This document shows, piece after piece, positions 11,306 through 25,027 of a stretch of DNA of 64,000 nucleotides. The DNA comes from Octopus bimaculoides. Its lineage: Eukaryota. The stretch lies in the NCBI RefSeq assembly GCF_001194135.2, contig NC_068994.1, positions 31,224,755 through 31,288,754 on the forward strand, written 5' to 3'. The translations under genes were made by a program, and so were the position numbers. Under the pieces are notes generated by a model. That model saw nothing but the letters and a program-made list of their open reading frames with translations, was not told the DNA's origin and did no database searches. How positions within the stretch are numbered: position 1 is the first letter of the stretch; every line of letters starts with the position of its first letter.

Positions 11306-13620
11306 CTTTTTTTTTTATTACCTATTACAGGCGCACATAGAGGGGATAATACAATATGATCTGGGTGTCATATACAATCAAATGGAAATAAAAATTTTAA
11401 ATGACAAAATGAAAAATCGAATTGGACACAAAAGACAATTGCATACAATGAAGGACAATATGGGGTTTAAAAGACAGGAATGCTCCTACCCCACGAGCCC
11501 TGTCTTCTCTACCGACACCTTTGTAGCCTCTATGACGTGCTCACGCAGGGCCTTTCACTCCCAACTTACGTGCTACACGCGTCCATCTTTTTCTTTTTTT
11601 TTTTTAACATACTCACTGACAAACGCCTCCTTTCCAGTCACACCTTCCTTTTCGGGTGAAAAGGGAAAACATTCACCTGAGCGAGAGACACAGCTGTCTG
11701 TCACAATGCTTTTTATTCTCGACTTCCAAATCACTTCTCTCGCAATTGTTACTACTACGAGAAAACAATTCTTACCTTCTTCCGTAAAGAAATCTAGTGG
11801 GTTAATTTTTAGAATTGACTCAGAAGATAGCTGTACTCTTCTTCTCTATGACAACGGGTGTTCTGCATAAGTCCACACTTCTGATACACCCGGACACTGA
11901 ACAGTAGCGTGCAGGACGTTTCCACGTCCCGCTCGCATCTTGGACAGGGTGACGACCCAGGGTGGCCGTGTCTGGTGAGCTTATCCCGAACGAGTAGGGC
12001 TCCTCGGTAACACTGCCAGGCCAAAGACTTTTGGAAGTTATTCAGTGTCTTCCGCCCGAATGTGCTTCGGAACAGGCTGTCTAACTGATTATCATCGAGA
12101 CCCAGGGTCCTTCCCAGGGCATCATCATTTCCAGCCTCTACCAACCTACAATAATAAGCCGCGGTGGTACCGAAACCGCTGGCGTTGTCCTAGTTGCAGA
12201 ACTGGAGGAGAGCCTTGCGGCACCCAGTATACCAGGTACCCAACCATGATCTTCGACGAAAGCAGTTTTCTCTGCCACCAAAACTAGTAAAACTGGGGAA
12301 CATCCGTCTAGCGAGCGGAGACTAGATGCTTCAACCTCACCATATGTTTGAGCATCAACAGCCAAGGCATCCCTAACCCACACTTTAATGGCTTTTGACG
12401 GCACTCCAATTGCTAGTGCCCCAGTCTAGGTCTCGGCTTGATCCATGTACCAATGTCCGTTAAGGACTTTAACTGCGGGAGGTAGAAACAGGATTTTCTC
12501 AGAGCCAGTCAGGAGATACGAGAAGATTTGTAGACTGTCCAGCTTGGTCTCTGTAGCAACCATCACATGTATATCGTGTGATCTGAGGTCGTCGAGCAAA
12601 CAAGCCTGCTTCTACTTCGAACTCAGACCACGCACATTTAAACAACCAATGTTAAGTGAAGTCATTACAAAAAGCAAAGGTTCCATTTACCCTTTGACTG
12701 GAGAAGATGGAGCCGACCTCACCTTACGCGGGGCAGCCCACTCCTCCTTCTTCAGATAGTTGGGTAGATCCATAATATTCCAGATGGCCAAAGGATTCCT
12801 ATCCTTCAATTGCTTGTATAGGGTTTCCCCTATCCAGGCACATCTTTTTTTTTAAGTTCTTATGTAAAGGGTAAAGTTTTGTTGTGTGATGTGGTACGAT
12901 AATATCGTTTGTATATTTGTTCTGAGTATCATATTCAATTAGTATTGTCTTCTTTTTTTCGGGGACAGTTGGGCGGGGTCTTTTTTTTGTGTGGTGTTTC
13001 GTCTTGGTGTTTTGTAGGGGATATGAATGGGGATAGTACATGTGTACTTTTTCTCGCCACAGTGAACTCCCTCTCTGTCACTTCCATGGTGTCGACCAGG
13101 GGAGTAACACTTTCTACTTCTGGTGCCAATAATTCAAAGGGGGCGAGGTTTTGCTTTTGTGAGGGCTTGTGTGAGCAGGGGTTGGGTTTTTGGGGTGTCA
13201 TATTTCGAGGCCGGCACTGCAGAGCTGAGAGAGAGGGAGTTTTTGTTTGTGTCGGGGTTGGTTGAAGGTCCTGTGTCTGCACAGTTTTATCCTTTTCTAT
13301 TTTCTGTTCTCGCTTTTTCCTTTCTTCACAGTCGACATGAATGTNNNNNNNNNNNNNNNNNNNNNNNNNNNNNNNNNNNNNNNNNNNNNNNNNNNNNNNN
13401 NNNNNNNNNNNNNNNNNNNNNNNNNNNNNNNNNNNNNNNNNNNNNNNNNNNNNNNNNNNNNNNNNNNNNNNNNNNNNNNNNNNNNNNNNNNNNNNNNNNN
13501 NNNNNNNNNNNNNNNNNNNNNNNNNNNNNNNNNNNNNCCTCCCAGTTGTTTTCAAATAATAGAAGAGAAAAAATCTAAAACAGAAATTATAATTTCTGGT
13601 TTGGGTTTATTTTTTACATA
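11306..13620 (-). mobile_element. L1/Tx1-like LINE, RT-deleted and apparently chimeric (ORF1 remnant, APE N-terminus, ORF2 C-terminus, poly-A)
   Basis: Poly-A with AATAAA at ~11309-11320 (minus). zf-RVT-like KSLAWQCYRGALLVRDKL..CPRC..ET; GLGMPWL motif; ORF2 start MTSLNIGCLNVRGL..ETKL near 12665; low-complexity ORF1 at 12700-13345. Confidence 0.85.
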
Positions 13621-14848
13621 AACTTGAATAAAGCTTCCCTTCACCAAACAAATAAATAAATAAATAAACGACTTATTTCACATCATAAAGTATCCAAAGC
13701 TTGGCTTATATTTGTCCCTGTGTTCTGAGTTCAAATCCCGCCAAAAGTCAGGTTTGTCTTTCATTCCTCAGGAATCATTAAAATAAAGTACCAGTCAAGT
13801 GCAAGAATCTATTAAATTGACTTATCTCCTCCCCTGTGTTGCTTAAGTTACAAATGACGTAAGATTTTTTTTTTTTAATAATGGACTAGAAACATTATAT
13901 TAGCAGGGGAAAGAATTCGTCGATCACCGTTACCAAGGATCTGTGGGACACAAAATGGTTGAAGATGACAGTTGGGTATTTGTTTTCTTTACTACTTTAA
14001 TGTTCTAACTTTTGTTTTCTTTACTATCTCCCTAAGACTCTTTAGTTTTTGTGTATAACTGACGACCAATTTTTTTTTAATTGCTTAATGATAATTTCTT
14101 CTCGCTCTCTTCTAGTGTGTATGTCTTTCTACGAAGATGGTGATTAATTTCGTCGCTACACTGAGCTTCTTGATTGATGCAAATCCATCTAGTGAAAACA
14201 AAATGGCTTTATATATATATATATATATAGTTGTGTGTGATTTCAAATCTATCCATCCGTCTATCACGGTTTCAACATCACTACCTTATACTTGGATGCC
14301 TTAAACGGAGTTGTGCAGGTCTCTGGTGTGAGAGTAACGTCCGCCCTTCTCCCTGCCACCCTCCGAAGCTGTTTTAAAAAAATAAAGGGTAATGGGTGCT
14401 ACCCTTCCCTCTTTGACTAAATTCTATATAATACGTGTGTGTGTATAAAAATGGGATAATACTAGAGATGAACAGACACAGGTACGAAACCAAAAACGAA
14501 TCCTCTAATTGTTGTTTGACATGCTAGAAATAGCAACCTAATTCCATGCCATCAGATCCTACCGACTTCAGAAAATGTACGAATACACATTGGATAATGT
14601 GAACATAGAAACAATATATCTGAAAAAATAAGCTGAATTTTCTAGGCAGGATCGTCTTTGCTCATAGATGTACTAGATCAGAGCTGACTTTGGGTTAAAC
14701 TTGAACAACAGACGCTCACATACTTGTTCTGAATTATACTGAGATGAAAGTCGAACAACCTGTAACGGTATGACGTAACGATATTGCACAATAGGTGAGA
14801 CGAATATGTTTATTCTATTTGCGAATATATATTTGTCTTGCTTTAAAA

Positions 14849-15115
14849 CAATGATTCCCAACCTTTGGTCCACAAAAATACTACTGGGGATCGGCGAACT
14901 GTGTTCAAATGAAACTGGGAATATGATTTGGTTGTTAGTTAATAAAATCGATTTATCAAGTAGTCAGTCCTTTCAAAATCCTGTGATCTACAGGAAAATT
15001 GGCATTCTCTTGGTATTGGTCTACAGTGTATCATTGTGTAAGGAAACAACGTCATTCGCATTCGTTTCCAGCCTAACTTCTTTATCTATGTAATGAGAGA
15101 AGGTTGGGTGAAAGA
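14849..15115. mobile_element. hAT-Charlie-like MITE remnant
   Basis: CAATGATTCCCAACCTTT at 14849 with a partial inverted partner AAGGTTGGG near 15100. Confidence 0.45.
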
Positions 15116-15349
15116 TGTAGTGTGCCAATATCAAAGGATTGCCAGAAAATTAATTTAAGCAAATGGAGTCATTGGTGGTGAAAAAATTGAGAAGCAATTG
15201 GCATATGTATGTAACAACATTGGACAAAATTAGTCTTATTTATGCTTAAATTTAGCTGAACAAAACTTCCAGTCAATGAAAAAGTTTTTAATCCAGTATA
15301 GTCTATCATTTAATAGATTTACCCTGTTCATGTTTGTTTGTGTGTGTGT

Positions 15350-15560
15350 GTGTGTGTCCATTCATGCTAGCATGGCTTGGATGGTTTTCCAGGAGCTGGC
15401 AAGCCAGAGGGTTGTGCCAAGCTCTAGTATCAGCTTTGGCATGATTTCTATGGTTGAATGCCCTTACTAATGCCAACCACTTTACAGAATGTACTAGATG
15501 CTTTTTATATAGCACCAATAGGGTCACCAAGTAGCTTGCACAACAATAAGAACCCCTTGA
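15350..15560 (-). mobile_element. RTE-type LINE 3'-tail fragment (related copies near 21040, 31085, 40760, 42630, 43330)
   Basis: Reverse complement of the ...ggcatccagc..tagaaac..gccaa..catgc(c/t)agcatgg..gatgatgat tail seen at 28620-28770. Confidence 0.7.
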
Positions 15561-16059
15561 CTGAGAGGGGGGATGGTATTGAGGGAGGTGGCTTTGTACG
15601 ATGATGAGAAATTAAAATAAGATACAAGGATAGAAATAAGTGTCTTGCTGTAGAGGAGAAACTTGGCTACCCCAGTCTAAAAGAGAGAGAGAAGATGGTG
15701 ATGGTGAAGATGTGCTAGAGAATCCTAAAGATACAACTAGAATATGAGTGGTATAGAGGATTGGACAGGGTGAGTGAGCAGGAAGTTCATGAGAGTGCAA
15801 AAAGAGAGTTGGGGCAAAGGGGAAAGCAGTGAATGGTGAACATGAGTATATAGGGGAGCAGCAGGATAGCAATGATACAGTTAGTAGTGGGTGAGGGACA
15901 GGAAACAAAGATGACCCGTGGGGAGAAACAAGCATGGTGCTTAATGAGATGTAGTTTGGTTCAATGGCAGCATAGTGCTTAATAAAATATAGTTTGGTTC
16001 AATGGCAGTGGGAGGGTGAATTAATGTAACGTGGGTGGAGAATACATAATACAGACCAC

Positions 16060-16390
16060 TTCCAGAACTCAGTTTTGTTGAGCTAGGCAAGTCTTCTCAA
16101 GAACCTCATATTGCCAGACATCTTGCTCCATTGTCATCTCCTCCATAAGGCTCAACATTTTGAGATCAGTCCTCACTACTTCATCCCATGTCTTTCTGGG
16201 CATCCCCCTGCCTTCTGCAGATACCATCTGCTTTAAGCAATCAGTACTTCTTTATGCAGCTGTTCTCATTCATGTGCATGACATTACCAAACTATCGTGG
16301 TCTTCCCTCTAGCATGCTACATCTGATTCTTCTTAGCATGTTAGCACTTTGTTGTACATGAACTCTGATGTTGTACATCATTGGAGCATA
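16060..16390 (-). mobile_element. RTE LINE ORF2 C-terminal fragment
   Basis: Translates ..FGNVMHMNENSCIKK.. and an RGRPRKTWDEVV-like segment. Confidence 0.75.
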
Positions 16391-16690
16391 CTATATATAT
16401 ATATATATATATTTATGAAGGTAGGCTGGTGGGTTTTCATTTAAGGGACTATAAGTCAGAAAAAATATGCACTCATATTTGCCAATAGAGTAGATATATT
16501 AATCTCTAAGTTAATATATAGCTTTTAAGCAACTAACCTTGAATGGGAAGATCTGCAAACAGATCTCTCACTTATTTTGGAGAATTTGTTGCAATTGCTT
16601 CCTCCAGAGTCATATTCCAATGATGATCATATTCGTCACTAAAAATCATGTAAAAAGAATCACCGAAAACTTCTCTGAAGTAAGGTTAGG

Positions 16691-16769
<79 letters not shown>

Positions 16770-17265
16770 AGAAAGATATAAGAGCTTTGCATTCTATATA
16801 TCAAAGTCCTTGCAACAACTGATATGGAAGGCAAAGCAAGATGTGAGTGCATGTATAAAAGAGAAACTTGATGGGAGAGGGAGATAAAAAGGGAAAGAAG
16901 AGGAAGAGAAGCTAGATAGAGAGGAGAAACAAGTGATAAAGTATAAACCAGGAATTAATATTTTAAGAAGGTGTTAAGGTATATAAGGAGAAACATTCAT
17001 TTAAACCTATTGGTTCCATGGTTCCAAGCTTGAATATGATTCCTTGAGTGTGTGTATCTATAGTATGTGGAGATGCCAAATACTGATAAAAAGTTAATGA
17101 AGAGGCCTGTTGTGTTAAAGTGAATGGTGGTAGGTTGACCTGGTATGCATGGTAGAATACTCTGAATAGAATAAATGCTTTATGGTGTTCAGGTATGTTA
17201 CTTCATATTCTTTAATGAAAATCATACATCATCAAACTTGTCTTTCATTATCTCAGAATTAATTA

Positions 17266-17730
17266 AGGCACCAAGCTGACAGAATTGTTAGTGCATTGGA
17301 CAAAATGCTGAGCAGCATTTCTTCCTACTCTTTATATTCCAAGTCTAATTGCAGCCAAGATCAAGTTTACCTTTCATCCCTTCTGGGTCAATATAAGGCT
17401 TTGAACCTATAGTAGAAAGTATTATTATTACTAAGGCAGTGAACTGACAGAATCATTAGCACATCAGACAATATTTAGTGGCCTTTCTTTCAGCACTTTA
17501 CATTTTGAGTTCAAATTCTACCAAGGTTACCTTTGTCTTTCATCTCTCCAGAGTTGTTAAAATAAAGTACCAGTCAAGTACTGAGGTCAATGTAATTGAT
17601 TAACCCCCTCCCCTCAAAATTGCTGGTTTTGTGCCAGAATCAGCTATAAAATTACCACTCGAGAACTAAGTCAATGTAATTGACTGTACCTTCTCTCCAA
17701 AATCTATGACTTTGTTTTCATATTAGAAAT
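17266..17730 (+). mobile_element. Tandem CORE-like SINE (family B) copies
   Basis: Repeated head ggcagtgaactgacagaatc, B-box-like gagttcaaattc and CORE-like ctttcatc..gtc..taaaataaagtaccag, with (ATT)n spacers. Confidence 0.8.
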
Positions 17731-17849
17731 CACTGGTCCTCTACCTATGTAAGAAATTTTAAAATGCTCACAAAAAAATTTCTCCCCTTGTGCCTATATT
17801 ATACATTGTTTTAATAGTACTTTGATGGCCTTCTCTGGCTGTCAGTGAA

Positions 17850-19585
17850 GAGTTGAAATGTGAAAAACCAATGACAATAGCTGAGATACAGTCAGTGATG
17901 AGCTTTTACATAAGAGCCAAAAGTGCTTGCTTTGGATGGTTTGCCTGGCAAGCTCTATGGCTACATTCCACACTTGTTCACTCCTCTCTTGACACATATC
18001 TATTGCAACAGACAACTGACTAGGAATATTTCCATTTGTGTTAGCCAGATATTCATAGCGCTACTGAAGAAAGGTATGGACAAGAGAGACATTATTGATA
18101 ATATCTGTACTCTCTTAACACAGAATTTTTTTGCCAGCATGCTTGAGAAGAGAGTGGGTCATGCAGACAATGTGCAGTTCCCAGCAGATTAGTTATCACA
18201 TCAGTGAAAACATCATAGAGAGTGTTGAATAATAAACCTGGCTTCAATGGGGTTTCTGCTTCATAGCCTTTGGTAGTGTCAACTATCTTTACTTGGCAGT
18301 TACTTGTAATGACTCTGCTTTCAGAGTCTATATCACTTCAAAGTACAACAGTTTCTGGTCAGGGATCAGATTAAATGGCTTATGGGAACTATTCTAAGTC
18401 ATATATTTGATCTGTCAGGTATGTCCTCTCATTACTTCAGTATACTTTTGTTTATTAAATTATTATTGCAGGAGCAATAATAATTTGAAGTAGACATGGG
18501 GAAAGGGCTCAATATGTCATGGTTAACACTGTGCAGGTATGTGCTGAGGCTGCAGTATTTACTGAGATTCCTGTTTGGTGAGGTCACTGTTTGTAAGGCA
18601 TGTTTCCTGTAGCTTGTCTCTTTGATGGAGCTGCAGTCCTGCATTGAGTAAATTCAAAGATAAGGCACTTACCATCTAGAATGTTGTCAAGACTGGCACA
18701 GTCATCTCCTAGTTGAGCCTTGTGACCAGTACTATGTCAACCCTTGCATTCTATTGTGGGTATGGATTAGTGGTGAACAAGATTGACGGATGTTTGAGGA
18801 AGACTTGGGTATTAATAAGGATCAACTGAAGAGCCTATTCTGAAGAACTTTCTTTCTAAAGACTAATAACAACTACCAGAAATCCTTGACCTGGCATAGC
18901 CTGTTTGTGACAAATTTCCCAATTTGTGATAGCAGGTATGGGAATCAGCTGGGCCTTTCCAAGATACATGCAGAGTGATGAACCCATTCTATATGAATTC
19001 ATTCAATGCCTGAGAATTGCTGACCTGTGGATCTTTGTTGAACAGCTGATGTTGCTTGTAGGACAGGTCTGGAAAACTTCTGAAACCATCATACTGTGCT
19101 GATTTTCTTTGGTTGAGAAGAGCCAACAGTTTTCCTTTGTCTGAAAGCTTTGGCAAAAGAGGTTATATGGTAATCATGCCTAAAAGATCTGAAAACAAGT
19201 GTGTTACTCTTCATCAACTTTTTCAGGTTCCAAATAGAGTAGAAGGTCAGCAGGGAGTGGGAAGTGCTGCCCTCCAGTAAATTTATCAAAAGTTTGGTCA
19301 ATTATGGCATATACTTGTTGACCAAGAAATGACAGCTGGAAGAGGGGCTTATTTCTGGTAGTTAGAGGAATCCAGGATTTGTGGGGTTCATTGGTTGGCC
19401 CTAGCTGACTCTATTGGCATTATATAATGCCATGAACTGGGTAAACATTCTTTTTCACTGTTTACTTTTTCTTTCTTCATCTATATTCATTTCATTTGAA
19501 TATAAATAACCCCACCCATTTTTTTATAACCTGTCTGTGTAATATTCCCTTACTAATGTCCTTGTGGCAAATAAAAGAAATCATC
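17850..19585 (+). mobile_element. Old L1/Tx1-like LINE ORF2 (partial RT to 3' end)
   Basis: LDGLPGKLY..LLKKGMDKRDIIDN (RT N-terminus), GLNMSWL..RL.YL, LGINKDQLKSLF..YQKSLTW, LAKEVIW; homologous to 11306-12420. Confidence 0.8.
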
Positions 19586-19953
19586 ATTATCATTGTTATT
19601 GTTGTTATTATACTATAGCTCTTGATTGATAGAAACAATGGAATACCAAATTAAATCAGACACATACATATGCATAGATACATGTACATACATACATACA
19701 CACATGCACATACATAGACGCATATACATACATGTACATAGATACACACACACACTTACATACATACATACAAACACTTATACAGTTGTTAACTTATTAT
19801 ATACAGGCGTTTATAGTGTGTTAATGATGCATAACAAGACCAGTTGCAAAGTGATTGTTGAAAGAATTAACTGTAAATTTCCCTTCATAAGTGTTCACAC
19901 CTCCAACCAAAGTGAAACTAACAGGGACCATTCAGGGGCAGCAAAATTAAGCT

Positions 19954-20199
19954 ATGCTCCCCAACCAGATGAAATCTCAGACCCACAGAGGAATCCCTGC
20001 TCGTCCAAAGACTAGTGTGACTGAGAGTAATAAAACAGCAAACCACTCCAAGTCTAATGTTGGCAGAGTTCATTCAGCACCAGTGTGTGAAGCGCGTTCA
20101 ATGTTAAGAGGAGATAATGACAAACCACCAATACAAACATCAACTGTGGCAAAATTCAACAAGCCATCTGCCAGACTCAACCCAAAAACTATTGATCCA
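19954..20199 (+). CDS. PACRGL: PACRG-like protein, coding exon 1 (start 19954 or 19969)
   Basis: Ends KFNKPSARLNPKTIDP|gtaagt, matching vertebrate PACRGL ..PSDKLNPKTINP|F. An in-frame TAA at 19948-19950 precedes the ATG. Confidence 0.85.
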
Positions 20200-21702
20200 G
20201 TAAGTAAAGATATTTTCCTTTGTTTTATATAATAAATTTTACAGACATTCTGATGTGTGTAAATCTTTTCCTGATCAATGGTTATTTAGCTGGGAAATTT
20301 CATATATTTCATTGAAATATCATTATGATTCAAAAGCAATTCTGTTATTAAGGAAATTTCTACATGAATGCTTGCTCTTTTAGAAATAGCAGCTAAATGT
20401 CCTTCATGTTGCACCCTAATATTTTGATGAAGGGAAAAAAAGGAAAGGGACATGGAATAATGTAATTTTACATACTCTATGCCTTTTATAAACACAGGGT
20501 GGTCATGGCTTGAATGTCTTTCATCATATGTCTCTTCAATCACGACTAGCCTTGAGTTGAATAACAACAGCCATTGTTTTTATAAGGCTGTAAAGGTTCC
20601 GATTCTTAAAAAAAGGACATTATTCAATCTTGTCGTAGATTTTCCTAAAATGACTGAAGGACCATACTGGAACATCTTCTTTCATAAGGCTGCTTAGCAA
20701 GTTTGGTCTTGAGCTCAATAACAAAATACCTCACTAATTGTCCACTAACATTCCACAATAACCAACCTTAATCCAAACAATTATTAGGTCCATCTACATG
20801 TTCATTATTCCCTAATGTACTAACCTCAACATTACTTTAACACCTCCATTTTCAACATAGCTACATGTATGACTACAATCTTATCATTTATTTTTAACAT
20901 AGGAAACATAGTTCTTTCACACTCTAACCAAAATCACTATTATAGAATATAAGCATTAAATTGGTTAACTGACTTGTTTGATGAAAGACCGTACCTTAAT
21001 TACACAACCTAAGATATAGAGGAGGCATAGTGTATTATCATTCAACACACACTTTTTCCATGCTTTTATGGGTCAGATGTAGTTTGTGGAGACAGGTTTT
21101 CCACATCTGGATGCCTTTCCTTTCACCAACCTTCACCTGTTTCCAAGTAAAGTAATATTTCACCATGTTTTCCATGTGGATCTTTGTTGAATAGCTGTTG
21201 TTTCTTGTAGGACAGATCTAGCTAACGTCTGAAGTCATCATGCCATATTCATTTTCTTTGGTTAGGAAGAACAGGCAGTTTTCCTTTGCCTCACAGCTTT
21301 GGTAAAAGAGATTGTGTGGTAATCATGCCTAAAAGCTCTGAAAACAAGCATGTCACTCTTCATCCAACCTTGCTTGGTTGATAACACTTTTCTACAATCA
21401 TCACATGATGTCACGTGGCTATAGTAGAAGATATTTACCCAGGGCATAATGCAATTAGATTAAAATCAAAACCACATAGATTTGATGTGAAATTCTTAAA
21501 GACTCAATATTTTCCTCATCTTTTACAAGAATATGTGTATGAAGATATTGCTTTTTCTAAAAGCTAGTTCTCTTTTTTTAATCATATCCATTTTTTGACT
21601 ACTTATAATAGATACTAGGACATTTATATAAATTTTTAGAACAATAATTATCACAATTTTCACAGCTTTCTCTGCCAACACTGACTTCTCTTCTATACAC
21701 AG

Positions 21703-21770
21703 TTCAATACATCTACCAAGAATCAATCAGTTTTTTCTACAGTTTACATTAATGGTGGCATTCCCTGTTG
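21703..21770 (+). CDS. PACRGL: PACRG-like protein, coding exon 2
   Basis: ttctatacacag|FNTSTKNQSVFSTVYINGGIPC+tg|gtaagt; 68 nt, phase 0/2. Confidence 0.93.
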
Positions 21771-23738
21771 GTAAGTTATACTCCCTTTCTTTGTATGTTC
21801 TTTTTAAAATATGGACTATAAATAAGTCTGGGAGTGAAAGGAACTTGTGACCTTTGAGACTTTTAAGTGTAGCCTTCTTGCTGAAGTCTGAATTTGACAT
21901 TAAAATTTTTTTTTTTTGTTGATCATTTAGTATTGTATTTATTCTAATAGTCTTAAATTCTTTCAAAAGTCATTGAAAGGTCAATTTACATTTTTATTTT
22001 TTTGTTTTATCTTTCACTTGTTTAAGTCATTAGACTGCAGCCATGTTGGGGCACTACCTTGAGCTATTTAGCTGAATGAATGAATTCCAGTGCTTACTCT
22101 TTTTAACCCTAGTATTTATTCTGTTGTTCTCTTTTTGCCATACCACTAAGTTACAAAGACACAAACAAACCAACAATAATTGTCAAGTAGTTGTGGAGAG
22201 AATAAACACAAACACATACAATTATTCATTCACAAGGCATTGGTTGGCCCAGAGGTATCATAGAAGTCCCTTACTCAAGGTGATGTCCCATAGGAATGAA
22301 CCCAAAACTACATGGTTGCAAAAAGAACTTCTCAACCACTTCATTTTCACAATAAATATAATTACAATTTTTTGTATATTTAATAAAATCTCCTTTAATG
22401 GGGCTCTAATAGATTACACTTAATTCAATGTGGACCTCAGATATAAAAATGAAGTTCCCATGTTTGTTATTTGTATGTATCTGGTTATTTCCTTCTTAAA
22501 TTGATTTCCTTAATCATCATGTTTGCTATTGACATTCCATTTTAGTATAGCTCTTGTCTTAGACTCACTTATCCAATTAAGCAAGTCATTGGCCACCAAC
22601 CAAAACATTCTAGGTTCAAGCACCATCAGCTGTAGCTAGACAATACCGCATATGATGCTTTTGAATTTACTAACCATGGCTTTCATCCTTACTGCTTCTC
22701 TCTTCTCTACCGTTTTTCTTTCTGTAATTATATATTCATACCACACACACACACACCTCCCCCTATGTCCATCTCTATACATTGATACCCCCTTATACAT
22801 ACACCACCCTGTTTCCTCCTCCTCCCTTCCTAACTCTTCTCCATAGAACCATATTCTCACCTGAATCCTAACCCTTTTTTTTTCTTCTTCCTTTCCCACC
22901 ATCTTTCCTCCTCAATACTTTTCCCATTCATTTATTCTTTTCTAATGAAGAACAAATACCTGAAATGTCAAGACTCTTCTTCTTCCTTTTAAGTGTTAAG
23001 CTAATACAGCATTCGTTAAAACTTGTCCCTCTCATGTTGTCTTCTTTTTCTGCTCATTTTTAAATATATATACTAAGGCCAGCCTTTTTTTTATCTATCT
23101 AAAAGGGTTTCTATCCCAATATTTACATGCTATTATTTACAGCTTTATCTACTTCAAGTTTTACAGTTAAAAACAAATTATATATACTAAACAAAATACG
23201 GAGAAATGTACAACTAACAGACCTGGGGGTTAATCTCAGATTTCCTAACCTATCCATTAAGTGGGTGAAGGAATCAGAAGTTCCCTTGAACTGGATCCTA
23301 GTATTTTGTGGCTGCTATCTATTAGTGGTAAAATGTTAGAATTGTGTATAACTTCCAGTCAAATTGGGGAAAAATTCCAATCAGGTGCACAAGCCACAAA
23401 TTATTAGTGACACTGGCCTGGCTATATGATGGAGTAAAGTGGCTCAAAAGAAATACTAGTAGCAGGTGGAGCATGTTGCTGTAATTCAGTATTCTCAGGC
23501 ACATGCAGGGTTGTAAAGTTCAGAAGATTGCTCCCCGACTGCAGGGTTTCAGGTTTAGTCTCACTGCATGGCACCTCTACCGTAGCCCTTGACTGACCAA
23601 AGCATTGTGAGAGAAATTGATAGAGGGTAACTGCTTGGAAGCCCATCCTCTGTGTGTGTGTGTGCATCATGTGTATATATGTATGTGTGTGTGTGTGTAT
23701 ATATGTGTGTGTATATACATACACATAATGGACTTCTA

Positions 23739-23768
<30 letters not shown>

Positions 23769-23776
<8 letters not shown>

Positions 23777-25027
23777 CATTAAGAATGAAATGTCCGATTT
23801 TCTTGTGCACTAAGTTTGACAGTTGTTAACTCTAATGTTTCATCCTGGCAATTCTTTGTTTTACAACATTGAAGAGTTACATCATCACTTTTCGAAATGC
23901 AATTCATAGTGTCTAATTATATTGTGAGTTTTTTCTTGTAAATCAATTTTTGTGAACCCACGGATAGATCAAAAAGTCATGTTGTTTATGAATATGAGTT
24001 CCATCATGGAACCAATGCATCCCAGACAGCACAAAGATGTGGCGAATGAGTGCATTGTACGTCGATGGTTTGAGAAGTTCCAGTCTGGTGACTTTACTCT
24101 TGAAATTCAGTCCCATGGTAGACCTGAGACCAAGGTGGATAATGATGAGCTGGAAACTGTAGTGGAAACAGATACATTTCAAACTACGCATGAGTTAGCA
24201 GCAAGGTTTGATGTTTCAATTCCAACTGTATTGGACTATCTGAAACAAATCAGCAAAGTAAAGAAGCTGGACAAGTGGGTACCACATAACTGAACATGCA
24301 TCAAATGACACGTCTTGAAACTTGTTATTCTTTGCTGTCATGGCTTAAAAACAAGCCATTTTTGCATCGTATTGTTACGTGTGATGAAAAATGGATTCTC
24401 CTCAACACTGGCAAGCATTCTGCACAGTAGTTGGATAGAGACAAAGTGCCAAAACACAATCCAAAGACAAATATTCACCAAAAAATGGTAATGGTGTCTG
24501 TTTGGTGGACCAGCACTGGTGTCATCCACTACAGCTTCATGAGACCTGTTAAGTCAGTTACAGCGGATGTATACATCAACCAACTGGATGAAATGATGAG
24601 TGAATTTGCAATTAAACAACCAAGATTGGTCAATAGAGACAGGCCTATTCTCTTGCAAGTCAATGCTCGACCACATTTTGCACAAAGAACGCTACTCAAG
24701 TTACAGGAACTTGGAAGTACTCTGTCATCCACCATAGTCACCAGACCTTGCACCAAGTGACTATCAAATTTTCCAGGCATTAGACAACTTTTTGCAAGGG
24801 AAAAACTTCATATCTGAAGAAGATGCAAAAACAGCCTTTCATGATTTCATCACCTCTTGCTCTTCAGAATTCTTCGCTGGTGGCATAAATAAGCTACCAA
24901 TAAAATTGCAACATTGTATTGATAATTTAGGTACATACTTTGATTAATTGCATTGCTTTTTTTGTTGAGATAAAGTAAAATAAACTTTCAGTTCAAAATT
25001 GGACATTTCGTTTTTAATGACCTGATA
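23769..25027 (+). mobile_element. Near-full-length mariner (Hsmar/Mos1-like), inactive, in PACRGL intron 2
   Basis: TIRs (t)aaggtcattaagaatgaaatgtcc / ggacatttcgtttttaatgacctgata; WVPH, VTCDEKWI, LLQVNARPH (catalytic D>V) and SPDLAPSDY-like motifs, with stops and frameshifts. Confidence 0.95.

Noticed and set aside
20700-21010. Possible NUMT (strand-skewed A/C-rich sequence)
   Set aside because: No mitochondrial gene motif could be translated; unresolved without BLAST.
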